A stretch of 64,000 nt of DNA from Candidatus Woesearchaeota archaeon (GTDB taxonomy: Archaea > Nanobdellota > Nanobdellia > SCGC-AAA011-G17 > GW2011-AR18): assembly GCA_018302545.1 (NCBI GenBank), contig JAGVZM010000003.1, positions 40,058 to 104,057 of the forward strand, in the 5' to 3' direction. The notes beneath the pieces are model-generated. The model was not told where the DNA came from. It searched no databases and saw nothing but the letters and a program-made list of their open reading frames with translations. Made by a program: the position numbers and the translations under genes. Position 1 is the first letter of the stretch, and every line of letters starts with the position of its first letter. Positions 18,736 through 28,845 of this stretch are shown in pieces.

Positions 18736-21087
18736 TTAGAAACTACCTAAATCTAATTGCTTATTACCTTTTAATACATCCTCAAAATTAGTATTGAAAA
18801 AAACAAGAATTGAATCAGCAATAGGTTGTATCTGTCTTTTAATATAATGTTCATAATCGATTTTACTTTTCATCTTCTCTACAGGTTCTGGACCGTCTTC
18901 TGTGATTACATATTTTATTTTATTTGATTCTATTATCCCCCCTCTTTCTAAAAGTTTTCTAGCAGACAAAATGTGGGGTGGTGTAATCTTAGTGTATTCT
19001 TTTAAATCTTTCCTAATACTTTTAGTATAAACTAACATCTCATCATATTTTCCTTTTCTAACATCATCTACAAACTTCTTTGTAAATTTAACAACATCTT
19101 TATTATGAAAGACTCTATCTAATAATTCTTCTTGATATTTTTTAGCTAATTCAGTCCAATCAGATCTCACGGTTTCAAGTCCAGTAAATTCAATTTCCTC
19201 TTTTCCATTCTTAATGACTAAACCCGCATATCTCTTTTTAGCTCCCTCTTCCCTACCTCTAAGTTTAGGCATTAAACATTTAATGAAACATTTTTCATAC
19301 CTCAATTCTAAATAACTTTGACGTTTATACTCTTCTTTAATTAGATGATCATAAAATTCATTTATGTGTTTTTGAATCTTCTTTCCAATCTTATCTGCTT
19401 CTTCTAAATTTTTTGCTTTAGAAACTACAAATGAGCTGTCTGTGTCTTGATAAATTACTTCATAACCTAATTTTTCAATTTCTTTAGAAGTTAATTGAAT
19501 AATATATTGACCAAAATGAGTGATTGCATTTGCAACATTCATATCAAAAAATCTACAACTAGGAGAAGCTAAAACTCCAAAGAAAGAATTACTCAAAATC
19601 TTAATTGCATATCTTGTTAATTCATCTTTTTCTTTTCTTGCTTTTTCCCTTTCATGATATAATTCCGTTAAGATTATTGGCATTATTCCATCTTCATTTC
19701 TAAAGCAAGCTCCATTGGGTGCTTTGATTAAATTTTTACCTTTACAATATTCAACATAAGAGTAAGGATCAATATTAAAACTTCTCATCATACTAGGATA
19801 CAGACTTTTAAAATCTAAAATTAGAATATAATCGTAAATTCCAGGTTTACTCTCCTTAACATATCCCCCTTTAATTGGTTCCTCCTTCAAAGCGAATTTA
19901 GCACTAGGACAAACAATCTTTCTCTTTGTAGTCTCTCTTATATACAAAGAGTCAAGCGAAGCAATTGAAGCATTTACTCTATCTAAGGGCATACCTGTTA
20001 ATAAACTTCTTAATATAGTTAATTCAAATACTCCGCTCTTTTCTAAAATTCTTAATACTAAATCTGCATCTTTAAGATTATATGCAGCTAATTTTTTCTT
20101 ATTATTTCTCCATAGATCATCAATTTCTAAGTATTTATCATGTCCTGTAGTTTTGATTAATTTACCATCCCCTAAAATCTCTCCAGCTACAGTATCAAGT
20201 TTGAAATCTTTAGGTTTAATAAAAGAAACCTTCAATAAATTCAAACCATCTAAAACTTGCCTTCCAATAACATCAACTTTACTATCTTTAAAAAAATCAC
20301 TCTCAATTCTCAACTTAACTTTAGATCTCTCTCTGCCAAAATCAAAAGGAACTTTTAATTTATCACATTTTCCCTTTAAATAATCTAAATCAAAATCAAT
20401 AACATTCCAACCAGTAATAACATCAGGATCTAACTCTATAATATCATTAATAAAATTCTCAAGAACATTAGTTTCACCATTGCAAGAAATAGCACCTTCA
20501 ATTTTATCTTTAGAATTAATGAAAACTTTATTTACATTTCCACAAACATAACCTATGCAATATAATTCATCATTTTTAGGATCACCTTTACTACTTTCTA
20601 TATCAAAACTTAAAATCTTAATATTCTTCGGTTTATAATTATGAATTCCTATTATATCTGGCTCCTTATAAATTCTATCAACTCTTTCACCTATTTCATA
20701 TTCCCCCTCTATCTCTAAACTTCCTTGAATATCATGATCCATCATAAACCTATAAGAAAATCTTATATCTGCTTCATAACTTTCAATTCCTACTTCTGAA
20801 AACTGTTTTTTTAATTTAGGAACTTCTGCAGGAATATCCAAAAAAATCTTAATTACTTTATTGCCATTAAAATTTTGAAAATCGTCATCACTTACTTCAA
20901 AATCAGTTATACCCTTAGCTAATTTTAAATCTTGTTTTTTAATATAAAAATAAGGTTTATAAGAATTAACTGTTAGAAAACTTTCCCCATTCTCTAATCT
21001 TCCATATAAACAAACAAAAGATTTTCCACCAATTACTTTATATGTGGGATAAATAACAAAACCTTTCATAATGATAAAATGTATCAA
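18736..21087 (-). CDS. polB: Family B DNA polymerase
   Basis: Exo I FDIES. Pol motif A DFKSLYPSMM. Motif B KILSNSFFG. Motif C YQDTDS. Confidence 0.9.
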   Translation of the reverse strand: MIHFIIMKGFVIYPTYKVIGGKSFVCLYGRLENGESFLTVNSYKPYFYIKKQDLKLAKGITDFEVSDDDFQNFNGNKVIKIFLDIPAEVPKLKKQFSEVGIESYEADIRFSYRFMMDHDIQGSLEIEGEYEIGERVDRIYKEPDIIGIHNYKPKNIKILSFDIESSKGDPKNDELYCIGYVCGNVNKVFINSKDKIEGAISCNGETNVLENFINDIIELDPDVITGWNVIDFDLDYLKGKCDKLKVPFDFGRERSKVKLRIESDFFKDSKVDVIGRQVLDGLNLLKVSFIKPKDFKLDTVAGEILGDGKLIKTTGHDKYLEIDDLWRNNKKKLAAYNLKDADLVLRILEKSGVFELTILRSLLTGMPLDRVNASIASLDSLYIRETTKRKIVCPSAKFALKEEPIKGGYVKESKPGIYDYILILDFKSLYPSMMRSFNIDPYSYVEYCKGKNLIKAPNGACFRNEDGIMPIILTELYHEREKARKEKDELTRYAIKILSNSFFGVLASPSCRFFDMNVANAITHFGQYIIQLTSKEIEKLGYEVIYQDTDSSFVVSKAKNLEEADKIGKKIQKHINEFYDHLIKEEYKRQSYLELRYEKCFIKCLMPKLRGREEGAKKRYAGLVIKNGKEEIEFTGLETVRSDWTELAKKYQEELLDRVFHNKDVVKFTKKFVDDVRKGKYDEMLVYTKSIRKDLKEYTKITPPHILSARKLLERGGIIESNKIKYVITEDGPEPVEKMKSKIDYEHYIKRQIQPIADSILVFFNTNFEDVLKGNKQLDLGSF

Positions 21088-21140
21088 AACTATATAAATC
21101 TAATCGATAGCAATTTAAAATTTTCTATAAAAATTAAAAT

Positions 21141-21707
21141 ATGCATTCATATAACTTTTTATCAGGAGCAAGAGAAAAGCTAAAGGCTTATAAAAAACCA
21201 AATGACTTAGAGTTACTTGCAGCAACAGATGATCAAATAAAAGAGGAAAGCCCAGATCTACCTAATGAATCCTCAAAAAGATGTTTAAGGTCACAAACAT
21301 ATCTATTCTTAGATGACTGTAGAAGACTAGTCGAAGAGAATAAGCCCTATCGACCTTATCAAATAGGGATGGGAGCATTCTTCGGTGCAATGATTGGAGA
21401 AGGAATAAATCAAGCATTAAACACCAACAGTGTTATAAAAGGAATAGTACATGTAGGGTTTGCAGCAATAGGAACTACATTATGTAGATTGATAGGTGTT
21501 TATTTTAGAGAAGAAAGAATAAGAAATTTTGCAATTATCTATGCTGAAACCCTAGATGAAATACACAAAGGAAATTGCCTAGGAAAAATGGAATATACTC
21601 TTCCAGATAGTCCAGACTATAATCCAAGAACAATAAAGGCAAGAATGAAAAAAGCAAAACCTGAAAAAGTTTTAGAGTATAATCTTGAACTAAAAAACAG
21701 GCAATAA
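21141..21707 (+). CDS. Hypothetical protein (GC-richer)
   Basis: ORF only. Confidence 0.4.
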   Translation: MHSYNFLSGAREKLKAYKKPNDLELLAATDDQIKEESPDLPNESSKRCLRSQTYLFLDDCRRLVEENKPYRPYQIGMGAFFGAMIGEGINQALNTNSVIKGIVHVGFAAIGTTLCRLIGVYFREERIRNFAIIYAETLDEIHKGNCLGKMEYTLPDSPDYNPRTIKARMKKAKPEKVLEYNLELKNRQ

Positions 21708-21718
21708 TTTAAACAAAA

Positions 21719-23554
21719 CTATAAACTTTTAGGCGTAAGAGAAATTTCTTGAGAAACATCAACTTTTTCATCTCCTAAATAACCACCATAAAATTTATAC
21801 ATTGTTGTAGGATCAATATAAGCGCTATAGTTCTTTCTTTCAATTTTAAAATCTAATTTAAAACCAAAGTGCAAATGGACTCCACTCTTACCTTTAACCC
21901 TCCCAGTTCTTCCCATCTGCATAAGATCCTGTCCTAAACCAACTTGATCTAAAGGAGAAACATTAAAAGTATTAGGAACACCATGCAAATAGAATGTTTC
22001 AAATCCTAATTCAGGTTTACCATGTCTAACTTTAACATAATAACCATTAATATTATCTGAACCAGTATCTACAACAACCCCATCCATCACTGAATATATA
22101 GGATCTCCTTGAACTCCAGCTGTAGCAGGAGCAATGTCTATACCGTTATGGTGTCTTCCCCACCTTACCCCAAAATAAGAATTTATCTCAGTATTGACAG
22201 TAGGCCAACCTACACCTTGTTTTAAAGTCAAATAATAAGCCATTACTCTCCTTACATAATCATTTGTTTGATAAGTAAGATGATGTAAAACATCCCAGAT
22301 ATCATTGCTTCCAGCTTTTAGTTTTGCTTCTTTAACTTTTTTAGGACCAGCATTGTAATTTGCTAAAATCTCTACTAAAGAATCTTCTCCTGATGATGGG
22401 GAGTATCTACTATAAAGAGCAATACTATACACCGCTGCTCTTATATTTTCAGATGGATCATTTTTTACTTTATCCCAAGAAAATTCTTCACCACTCAAAA
22501 CCCCGCTTCTAATCAACCTATTTAATTCATCAACATTAATTCTTGTTTGTTGAGTAAGTCCATAAGCATCTTCTCCAGATTTTTTTACTTTTCTTTTCTT
22601 CCCATCAAAGTGTTTGAAATCTCCAGATTCAACAATTGCAATGGCTCTTCCAAAATCAGGATCAACCTCAAAATTATTTCTTTGATTAAATCTTTCTGCA
22701 TGATAGGCAAATGCATCCCAATAAGTTAATTGACCTTGTTCAAAAACATAACCTTCTCTACCTCTCCTTATTTCTTCTTTTCTTTTAATCTCCATTCTAG
22801 GAAGTTCAGGAATTTTTATTCTTTCAACCAAGCCGCTAATATCAGGAGTAGTTAATCCTGGTCTTTCAAGTGCAGCATGTGCAGCGCTAACTGAAAATAA
22901 AGCATATAATAAAGGGACTTTAGATGCCATCCTATTCCTTGCAGGAATCTTAGCTTTTTTTCTATTAAAATATCTTGACAAATCTCTACCAACTTTAACA
23001 CCCAATCCTGAAATTAATCCACCAACACCTAATTTAACCAAATCAAAATCATCTATAACAGTATAACCTAAATGTAAAGTTCCAGCACCAGCCACAAGAG
23101 GTAAAAGATATTTATTATTAACAAATTTATTTTCAGTCAAAAATCTCCTAGCATCAACAATTTTTTGATGCACCTTTCTTAATGCTCCTTTACCTTTAAC
23201 AACATAACTTCCTTTACTTTGATCATATAATCTATATAAATTAATACCTGTAGGAACTGCAATTCCAAATATTCCTGTTAAGCTAGCACCCCATTCTAAT
23301 ATAGAATAAGTTGTATCTCCAATAAACATTCCCATTTGAGTGCTTTCAACACTTAAAGCAAGACCTGCAGCACCAGGAATTAACCATTTCTCAACATGGG
23401 GCTTTATATCTCTTAATGTAGAGTTAAGTCTATCATCTAATTTACCAATTCCTTTTAAGAGTATATCTAATCCCATAACAATACAATTACCACAACTAAG
23501 TAGAAAATTTATAAAGATTTGTATAAGATAAAATTTGTCACTAATAAGAGACAA
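21719..23554 (-). CDS. Membrane-anchored peptidoglycan hydrolase with lytic transglycosylase (SLT) and M23 peptidase domains
   Basis: SLT motif ES...GLTQQ. M23 motifs HNGIDIA and HLHFG. N-terminal TM segments. GC-richer. Confidence 0.7.
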   Translation of the reverse strand: MSLISDKFYLIQIFINFLLSCGNCIVMGLDILLKGIGKLDDRLNSTLRDIKPHVEKWLIPGAAGLALSVESTQMGMFIGDTTYSILEWGASLTGIFGIAVPTGINLYRLYDQSKGSYVVKGKGALRKVHQKIVDARRFLTENKFVNNKYLLPLVAGAGTLHLGYTVIDDFDLVKLGVGGLISGLGVKVGRDLSRYFNRKKAKIPARNRMASKVPLLYALFSVSAAHAALERPGLTTPDISGLVERIKIPELPRMEIKRKEEIRRGREGYVFEQGQLTYWDAFAYHAERFNQRNNFEVDPDFGRAIAIVESGDFKHFDGKKRKVKKSGEDAYGLTQQTRINVDELNRLIRSGVLSGEEFSWDKVKNDPSENIRAAVYSIALYSRYSPSSGEDSLVEILANYNAGPKKVKEAKLKAGSNDIWDVLHHLTYQTNDYVRRVMAYYLTLKQGVGWPTVNTEINSYFGVRWGRHHNGIDIAPATAGVQGDPIYSVMDGVVVDTGSDNINGYYVKVRHGKPELGFETFYLHGVPNTFNVSPLDQVGLGQDLMQMGRTGRVKGKSGVHLHFGFKLDFKIERKNYSAYIDPTTMYKFYGGYLGDEKVDVSQEISLTPKSL

Positions 23555-23557
23555 TAA

Positions 23558-23707
23558 TTACAGTTCATCATCAAATCTATTGTTTAATCTTTTTTGGCAA
23601 GAACTACAAACAATTTTTCTTTTTCCATCAATTTTAATATAAGTTCCATCAATCTTACCAAGAAATAAAGTTTCAACCTTATTTTTACAAATATCACATT
23701 TAGTCAT
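23558..23707 (-). CDS. Small zinc-ribbon protein (49 aa, CxxC...CxxC), not in the supplied ORF track
   Basis: Manual translation MTKCDICKNKVETLF...CSSCQKRL. Confidence 0.35.
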   Translation of the reverse strand: MTKCDICKNKVETLFLGKIDGTYIKIDGKRKIVCSSCQKRLNNRFDDEL

Positions 23708-23737
23708 ATTAATAAAATATTAAATTATTATTTAAAA

Positions 23738-24943
23738 TTATTCTAATTGATTAAATCTTCCATTATACCTATTATCCCCATAACTAGCACCATCAAATTT
23801 TAAATCCCTTAAACAAACGCTTCTGTAAAATACTTCTCTGCCTAAATCTTCAGCACCACCAACAACTTCAATTTCTCCTTCAAAAGGAGCAGGAATACTA
23901 CTCTTACCTTTAATATGTATCATTCTTTGACTCTCTGTAGATGGGTGATTCTTACAATCAACACAGATACCATACATAACTTCAACTTCATCAGCTAAAC
24001 ACATCAAAGCGCTTGTTTCACCAAACCTTTTTCTATTGTAAGTTCTAGCTAATCCAAACACAACAATATCATATCCTTCAGATAATAAATTATGTACAGG
24101 CATATAAAGACCTTTAAGAGGTTCATCTTTTAAACCGATAAATTGAGATTCATCAATAAACACAGTTTTAACATTAGGATTTCTAATTACTCTATCGTAA
24201 ACCTCTTGTCCATTTGTAACCCCTATAGAATCAAATTCAGCCCTATCATGTGTTGCACATTTTCCTGTTTCAGAATACCTATTATCAGCTGCATAATTAA
24301 AAACCATAAATTCATTTTGTCTTAATTCTTCTTCAGCAACTAAATCTCCTAAAGTGGTTGTTTTTCCAACATACATCGGACCTGTTTTTACCATTAATTT
24401 TCCATGTCTTGGCCTTCCACCTTGTTTTGAAAAATGAGTAACACACCTAGGCTCATAATCTCTATCAATTTTAATACTTCTTCCAGCAGGAAGTTCACAA
24501 AAACCATCACCACATATAGCTTTCAAAACCTTAACATCATCAGAAATAGCCATTAAATCTGCCATAGAACCATAAGGCCAACCTTCTGAATCTAAATTTA
24601 AACCATAACCTATAACATTCCTGCCACTTCTAACTAAAGAATCAACTAAATCGACTATTCCTTCCTCCTTTTTAAAATGAGAAATTCCAGAGATTAGTAT
24701 CGCTCTAGTTTCATCAGTAATCAGTTCTGCAATTCCATTAGGATGTTCTAAAACATAGGCTTCATGACCTCCAATTTTACCAGGACTTCCAACATCATCC
24801 ATGGGATGTTTAACAACTAAAAAATTACCATTATGCTTGAAACCACTTGCTCTTGCAGAATTTAGAACTCTTACAGCATGGAATGTTTTTCTGGATTTAA
24901 CCGGACCAGAAAATAAAGTAAATTTCGCTAGTTTATAGGGCAA
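23738..24943 (-). CDS. tdk: Tandem-duplicated thymidine kinase (TK1 type). The N-terminal copy has a degenerate P-loop.
   Basis: C-terminal half has GPMYVGKTT, FIDESQF and a CxxC ribbon. N-terminal half is a TK-like fold with GPVKSRKT. Confidence 0.7.
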   Translation of the reverse strand: MPYKLAKFTLFSGPVKSRKTFHAVRVLNSARASGFKHNGNFLVVKHPMDDVGSPGKIGGHEAYVLEHPNGIAELITDETRAILISGISHFKKEEGIVDLVDSLVRSGRNVIGYGLNLDSEGWPYGSMADLMAISDDVKVLKAICGDGFCELPAGRSIKIDRDYEPRCVTHFSKQGGRPRHGKLMVKTGPMYVGKTTTLGDLVAEEELRQNEFMVFNYAADNRYSETGKCATHDRAEFDSIGVTNGQEVYDRVIRNPNVKTVFIDESQFIGLKDEPLKGLYMPVHNLLSEGYDIVVFGLARTYNRKRFGETSALMCLADEVEVMYGICVDCKNHPSTESQRMIHIKGKSSIPAPFEGEIEVVGGAEDLGREVFYRSVCLRDLKFDGASYGDNRYNGRFNQLE

Positions 24944-25111
24944 TACAGGTATGATCTTAATTCACCTCTCTCGAATTAATTTGAGATTTTTACTCAAACA
25001 AAATTGAGATAATGAGTTTATTAATAAACTTTACTTATGTTAAAAAATATAAAAAGAATTTTAATTCAAAAATCCAAAAATTAATTAAACCTTTGCAAAT
25101 TATTTTAATAA

Positions 25112-26893
25112 ATGAGAAAAGTATTAGCTATTGTAGAAAAAGACAAATGTCATCCAGATAAATGTCAGCATGAATGTATGAAATATGATCCAATAAATAA
25201 AACAGGGGGAGAAGGATTCCATATTAGTGAAGAAACCAAAAAGGCATGTATAAGCGATTCTGTAGTTATGGAAATGCATAAGATTTCAGCAAAAAAATGC
25301 CCCTTTCATGCAATTCACATTGTTAATCTGCCTGAAAAATTAAAAGAAGATCCAATACACAGTTATGGTTTAAACTCATTCGAGCTTTATTCACTGCCTC
25401 ATGTAAAAGAAAAGACAGTAGTTGGAATAATTGGAAGAAATGGAATTGGAAAATCTTCAGCATTACAATTTTTAACAGGAACTATAAAACCAAATTTAGG
25501 AAATTATCAAAAGCCTCTAAAAGAAAATGAAATAATTGAGAGATATTCAAATTCTTGGGTGGGAGAATATTTCAAAAAATTACTAAATAAACAATTAAAA
25601 ATTGCTTACAAACCTCAGCGTGTGGAGTTGCTCACTTCAATTTACAAAGGATATACTGTAAAAGAATTATTAAGCAAAGTAGATGAAAGAAAAATAATTC
25701 ACACACTATTAAATGATTTAGATATCCCAACAATAGAAAATAGAAAAATAGAAGAATTATCTGGTGGAGAATTACAAAGAGTTGCGATAATTGCAACAGT
25801 AGCTAAAAAAGCTGATGTTTATTATTTTGATGAGCCCTCATCTTTTTTGGATATAACTCATAGGATAAAAGCTGCTAGATTAATAAGATCTTTAGCTGAA
25901 AATTCTTCTGTTGTAGTAGTTGAACATGACTTAGCCACATTGGATTATATATCAGATGAAATCCAAATTGTTTATGGAGAACAAGCATGTTACGGTATAT
26001 TCTCTCAATCTAAAGCAGTAAGAAGAGGTATTAATGAGTATATGGAAGGTTTTCTACCTGATGAAAACATAAAGTTCAGACCATACTCAATAAAATTTGA
26101 AGAGCGCCCCATAGATAAATTTGTCTCACAAGAATTAATTTTAGAATTTCCAGAATTAGAAAAATCATATACATCATTTAAATTAAAAACCTCTCCTGGA
26201 AAATTACACAGAGGAGAAGTATTAACAATTATGGGAGCGAATGGTTTAGGCAAATCTACATTCTTAAAACTACTTTCAGGATTAGAAATTTCAGATAAAG
26301 GAAAATTAGAAAAGGTAAGGATAAGTTATAAACCTCAATACTTAAAAAATGATATTGAGGGTAATGTAGAGGATTATCTCAAGGGAATAGCAGGTTCTGA
26401 ATTCAATTCTTCTTGGTTCAAAGCGAATATTTTAGAAAAACTGAATATACAATCAATTTTACAAAATAAAATTTCTGAACTATCTGGAGGAGAATTACAA
26501 AAAGTTCACATAGCTGCTTGTCTAGCTTGTCCAGACAAAGATATAATAACAATGGATGAGCCTTCTGCTTTTATAGATGTAGAAGATAGATTAAATGTAG
26601 CAGAGATAATTAAGGATTTTGTAATAAACAAAAACATCGCAGCAATAATTGTAGATCATGATATCCAATTTATAGATTACTTAGCAGATTCTATGTTAGT
26701 CTTTGAAGGAACTCCTGCAAAGGAGGGACATGTTTTAGGAACTTTATCTAAAAGAGAAGGAATGAACAAAGTTCTAAAAGATTTAGATATTACTTATAGA
26801 AGAGATAAACAAACTGGTAGACCGCGTATCAATAAACCAGGTTCTCAATTAGATCAAGAACAAAGACATAAAGGGGAACATTACTATATCTAA
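25112..26893 (+). CDS. abcE1: ABCE1 (RNase L inhibitor, RLI), ribosome recycling ATPase with twin ABC domains
   Basis: N-terminal CHPDKC...KCPFHAIHIVNLPE, two Walker A/B domains and signature LSGGELQ. Several Fe-S ligand cysteines are replaced. Confidence 0.85.
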   Translation: MRKVLAIVEKDKCHPDKCQHECMKYDPINKTGGEGFHISEETKKACISDSVVMEMHKISAKKCPFHAIHIVNLPEKLKEDPIHSYGLNSFELYSLPHVKEKTVVGIIGRNGIGKSSALQFLTGTIKPNLGNYQKPLKENEIIERYSNSWVGEYFKKLLNKQLKIAYKPQRVELLTSIYKGYTVKELLSKVDERKIIHTLLNDLDIPTIENRKIEELSGGELQRVAIIATVAKKADVYYFDEPSSFLDITHRIKAARLIRSLAENSSVVVVEHDLATLDYISDEIQIVYGEQACYGIFSQSKAVRRGINEYMEGFLPDENIKFRPYSIKFEERPIDKFVSQELILEFPELEKSYTSFKLKTSPGKLHRGEVLTIMGANGLGKSTFLKLLSGLEISDKGKLEKVRISYKPQYLKNDIEGNVEDYLKGIAGSEFNSSWFKANILEKLNIQSILQNKISELSGGELQKVHIAACLACPDKDIITMDEPSAFIDVEDRLNVAEIIKDFVINKNIAAIIVDHDIQFIDYLADSMLVFEGTPAKEGHVLGTLSKREGMNKVLKDLDITYRRDKQTGRPRINKPGSQLDQEQRHKGEHYYI

Positions 26894-28698
26894 TAACCAA
26901 TTTGTTTTCTTATTGCTTTTAAATGAGGCACCAATGCTTTAGTCCAACTTTCTAAAACACCTTCAACTCTTCCACCAATTAAATCATTTATATCCACAAG
27001 ATTACCTTCAACAATAGACTTATCCTTAACTCGAACTTCTCCATCTGTATAAGTAGCATAAATTAATCCAAAATGATCCTTATCTACTTCTTCATCCTCA
27101 ACATATAAAGTTCCTACTAAGCTTGGTTCTGAATATTTTTCTTCAAACGTAACATCTCCTAAAACTTTATCTCTCAAACAATTAGCAATATAATCTGGCC
27201 CATGAGATCTAGCAACATGACCTCCAACTCCAATAGAGATTTTATCAAATAATCTTTTATCTCCATAATCCTTAATGTCACTAGATCTTCTATAAATAAA
27301 CACCTTATCTGAATTAGTAAATATGAGCATATAATCAATTACTTGCAAGACCTCAGGATCGCCTTCACAATCATATCTAGAATGGAAAAATCCTTTTTCA
27401 CATGTTTTTATTATCTCCCCTCTTTGAGCATCAGAATCTATAGATTCAAAACCAAATCTACCTCTTCTATTATTCAATAAACTCTCTTTCTCTTCAACCA
27501 ATACCAATCTATCTAATTTTCCATGTTCTTTAGCAGCACTTTTATAATCAAAATTAGTAAAATGCTTTGAAACTTTTGGGCCCCTCTGTCCTTGATAACT
27601 AGAACCTATTTTAGATCCATAAACTTTATCTGCATCCACTTCACATCTAAAAACATCTAATACACTTATAGGCATGCCATGTTCTAGTGCAATAGGTTTT
27701 AATTCATCTGATCTTACTTCAAAAACCAAATCTCCTAAGAATCCAGGATCTATAAAACCTGCAAAATGTAACATCCCTTGTATTCCAGTATGGTGTGTTG
27801 CCCTAACTTCAGAGCTTAATGCTGGACCAAACCTTAAAATTTCCGCAGAACTAAATAAATAATATTTTTCAGGTTCAATAACAACTCTTCCATCTTTAGC
27901 AAAAACAGGTTCGAAATAATCTTCAGACACTGACCCATTAGACTTTGATAAGTCAACAACAAAAGGAGGTTGTCTAGCCATTAAACCAACAATCCCAGAG
28001 CTAGACTTTCCTTCAAGATTTAATCTAACAACTAATTCTCCATTATCAATCTTAGCAGGAGTTAATGTTCCTCTTTCATCAGAATAGAGAAGCATAGGAT
28101 TTCTAATATGCTCTTCTATAATCTCCTTGTCATTTAACTTAGAATCTAAACCTTGGAAAAATCTAAGTTGGTTTAAAGTTAATCCTTCTGAAGCTTTTAC
28201 ATTAAATACCATAGGTTGTACTAATAACCATAGATCAGAAACACAACTATCTTCTCTTCCAATTAACTCATCAAAACTTGCGCTGTAATCTACTAATAAC
28301 CTAGTATTCAAAAAATTTCTTCCAGTTGTACTTTTAGGAGAAGATTTTACGCGTTGTCCTTCGCTTAATTTAATTTTTTCATTTAATTTTAATAAATAAG
28401 AATACCCAACTAATAAATGATCATCATCAAGTCTTATCTTTCTCCTTTTTCTCTTCTCTAAATGGAGTAAATGTCTATAAACCGAGTCTTTGCTAGTACC
28501 TTTAAAACCAGTAGCATCTAAAACATAACCATCTCCACTTAAAGTAGGTTCAAAAGAAGCAGGTTGCACTCTTTTTTCTAAAGCAGCACAATTATTTATT
28601 TCTTGAGATCCTTTAAAATTTCCCTCAGGAACAACTAACCTTCCTTCAACAATTAAATTTCTAATATCTTGAGAATTTAAAGCATAACCTCTTGTCAT
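26890..28698 (-). CDS. dCTP deaminase/dUTPase-superfamily protein, long form with extra C-terminal domain
   Basis: N-terminal DIRNLIVEGRLVV and HFAGFIDPGFLGDLVFEV resemble dCTP deaminase motifs. 602 aa. Confidence 0.45.
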   Translation of the reverse strand: MTRGYALNSQDIRNLIVEGRLVVPEGNFKGSQEINNCAALEKRVQPASFEPTLSGDGYVLDATGFKGTSKDSVYRHLLHLEKRKRRKIRLDDDHLLVGYSYLLKLNEKIKLSEGQRVKSSPKSTTGRNFLNTRLLVDYSASFDELIGREDSCVSDLWLLVQPMVFNVKASEGLTLNQLRFFQGLDSKLNDKEIIEEHIRNPMLLYSDERGTLTPAKIDNGELVVRLNLEGKSSSGIVGLMARQPPFVVDLSKSNGSVSEDYFEPVFAKDGRVVIEPEKYYLFSSAEILRFGPALSSEVRATHHTGIQGMLHFAGFIDPGFLGDLVFEVRSDELKPIALEHGMPISVLDVFRCEVDADKVYGSKIGSSYQGQRGPKVSKHFTNFDYKSAAKEHGKLDRLVLVEEKESLLNNRRGRFGFESIDSDAQRGEIIKTCEKGFFHSRYDCEGDPEVLQVIDYMLIFTNSDKVFIYRRSSDIKDYGDKRLFDKISIGVGGHVARSHGPDYIANCLRDKVLGDVTFEEKYSEPSLVGTLYVEDEEVDKDHFGLIYATYTDGEVRVKDKSIVEGNLVDINDLIGGRVEGVLESWTKALVPHLKAIRKQIGY

Positions 28699-28845
28699 GC
28701 TCTTGCATTCAATTTAACTTTTAAATACATTTATATCCAGAAAAAGTTACAACAAAACACTATTAAGGCTACAACTAAAATAGTAATAACAACTAAAAAC
28801 ATATTTTCTATTTAAGAAAATTATTTAAATCATTTCAACATCAGA

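Noticed and set aside
21088-21140. Possible NrdR box (CAAAACTATATAAATC) upstream of polB
   Set aside because: Only a half-site-like match with no palindromic partner.
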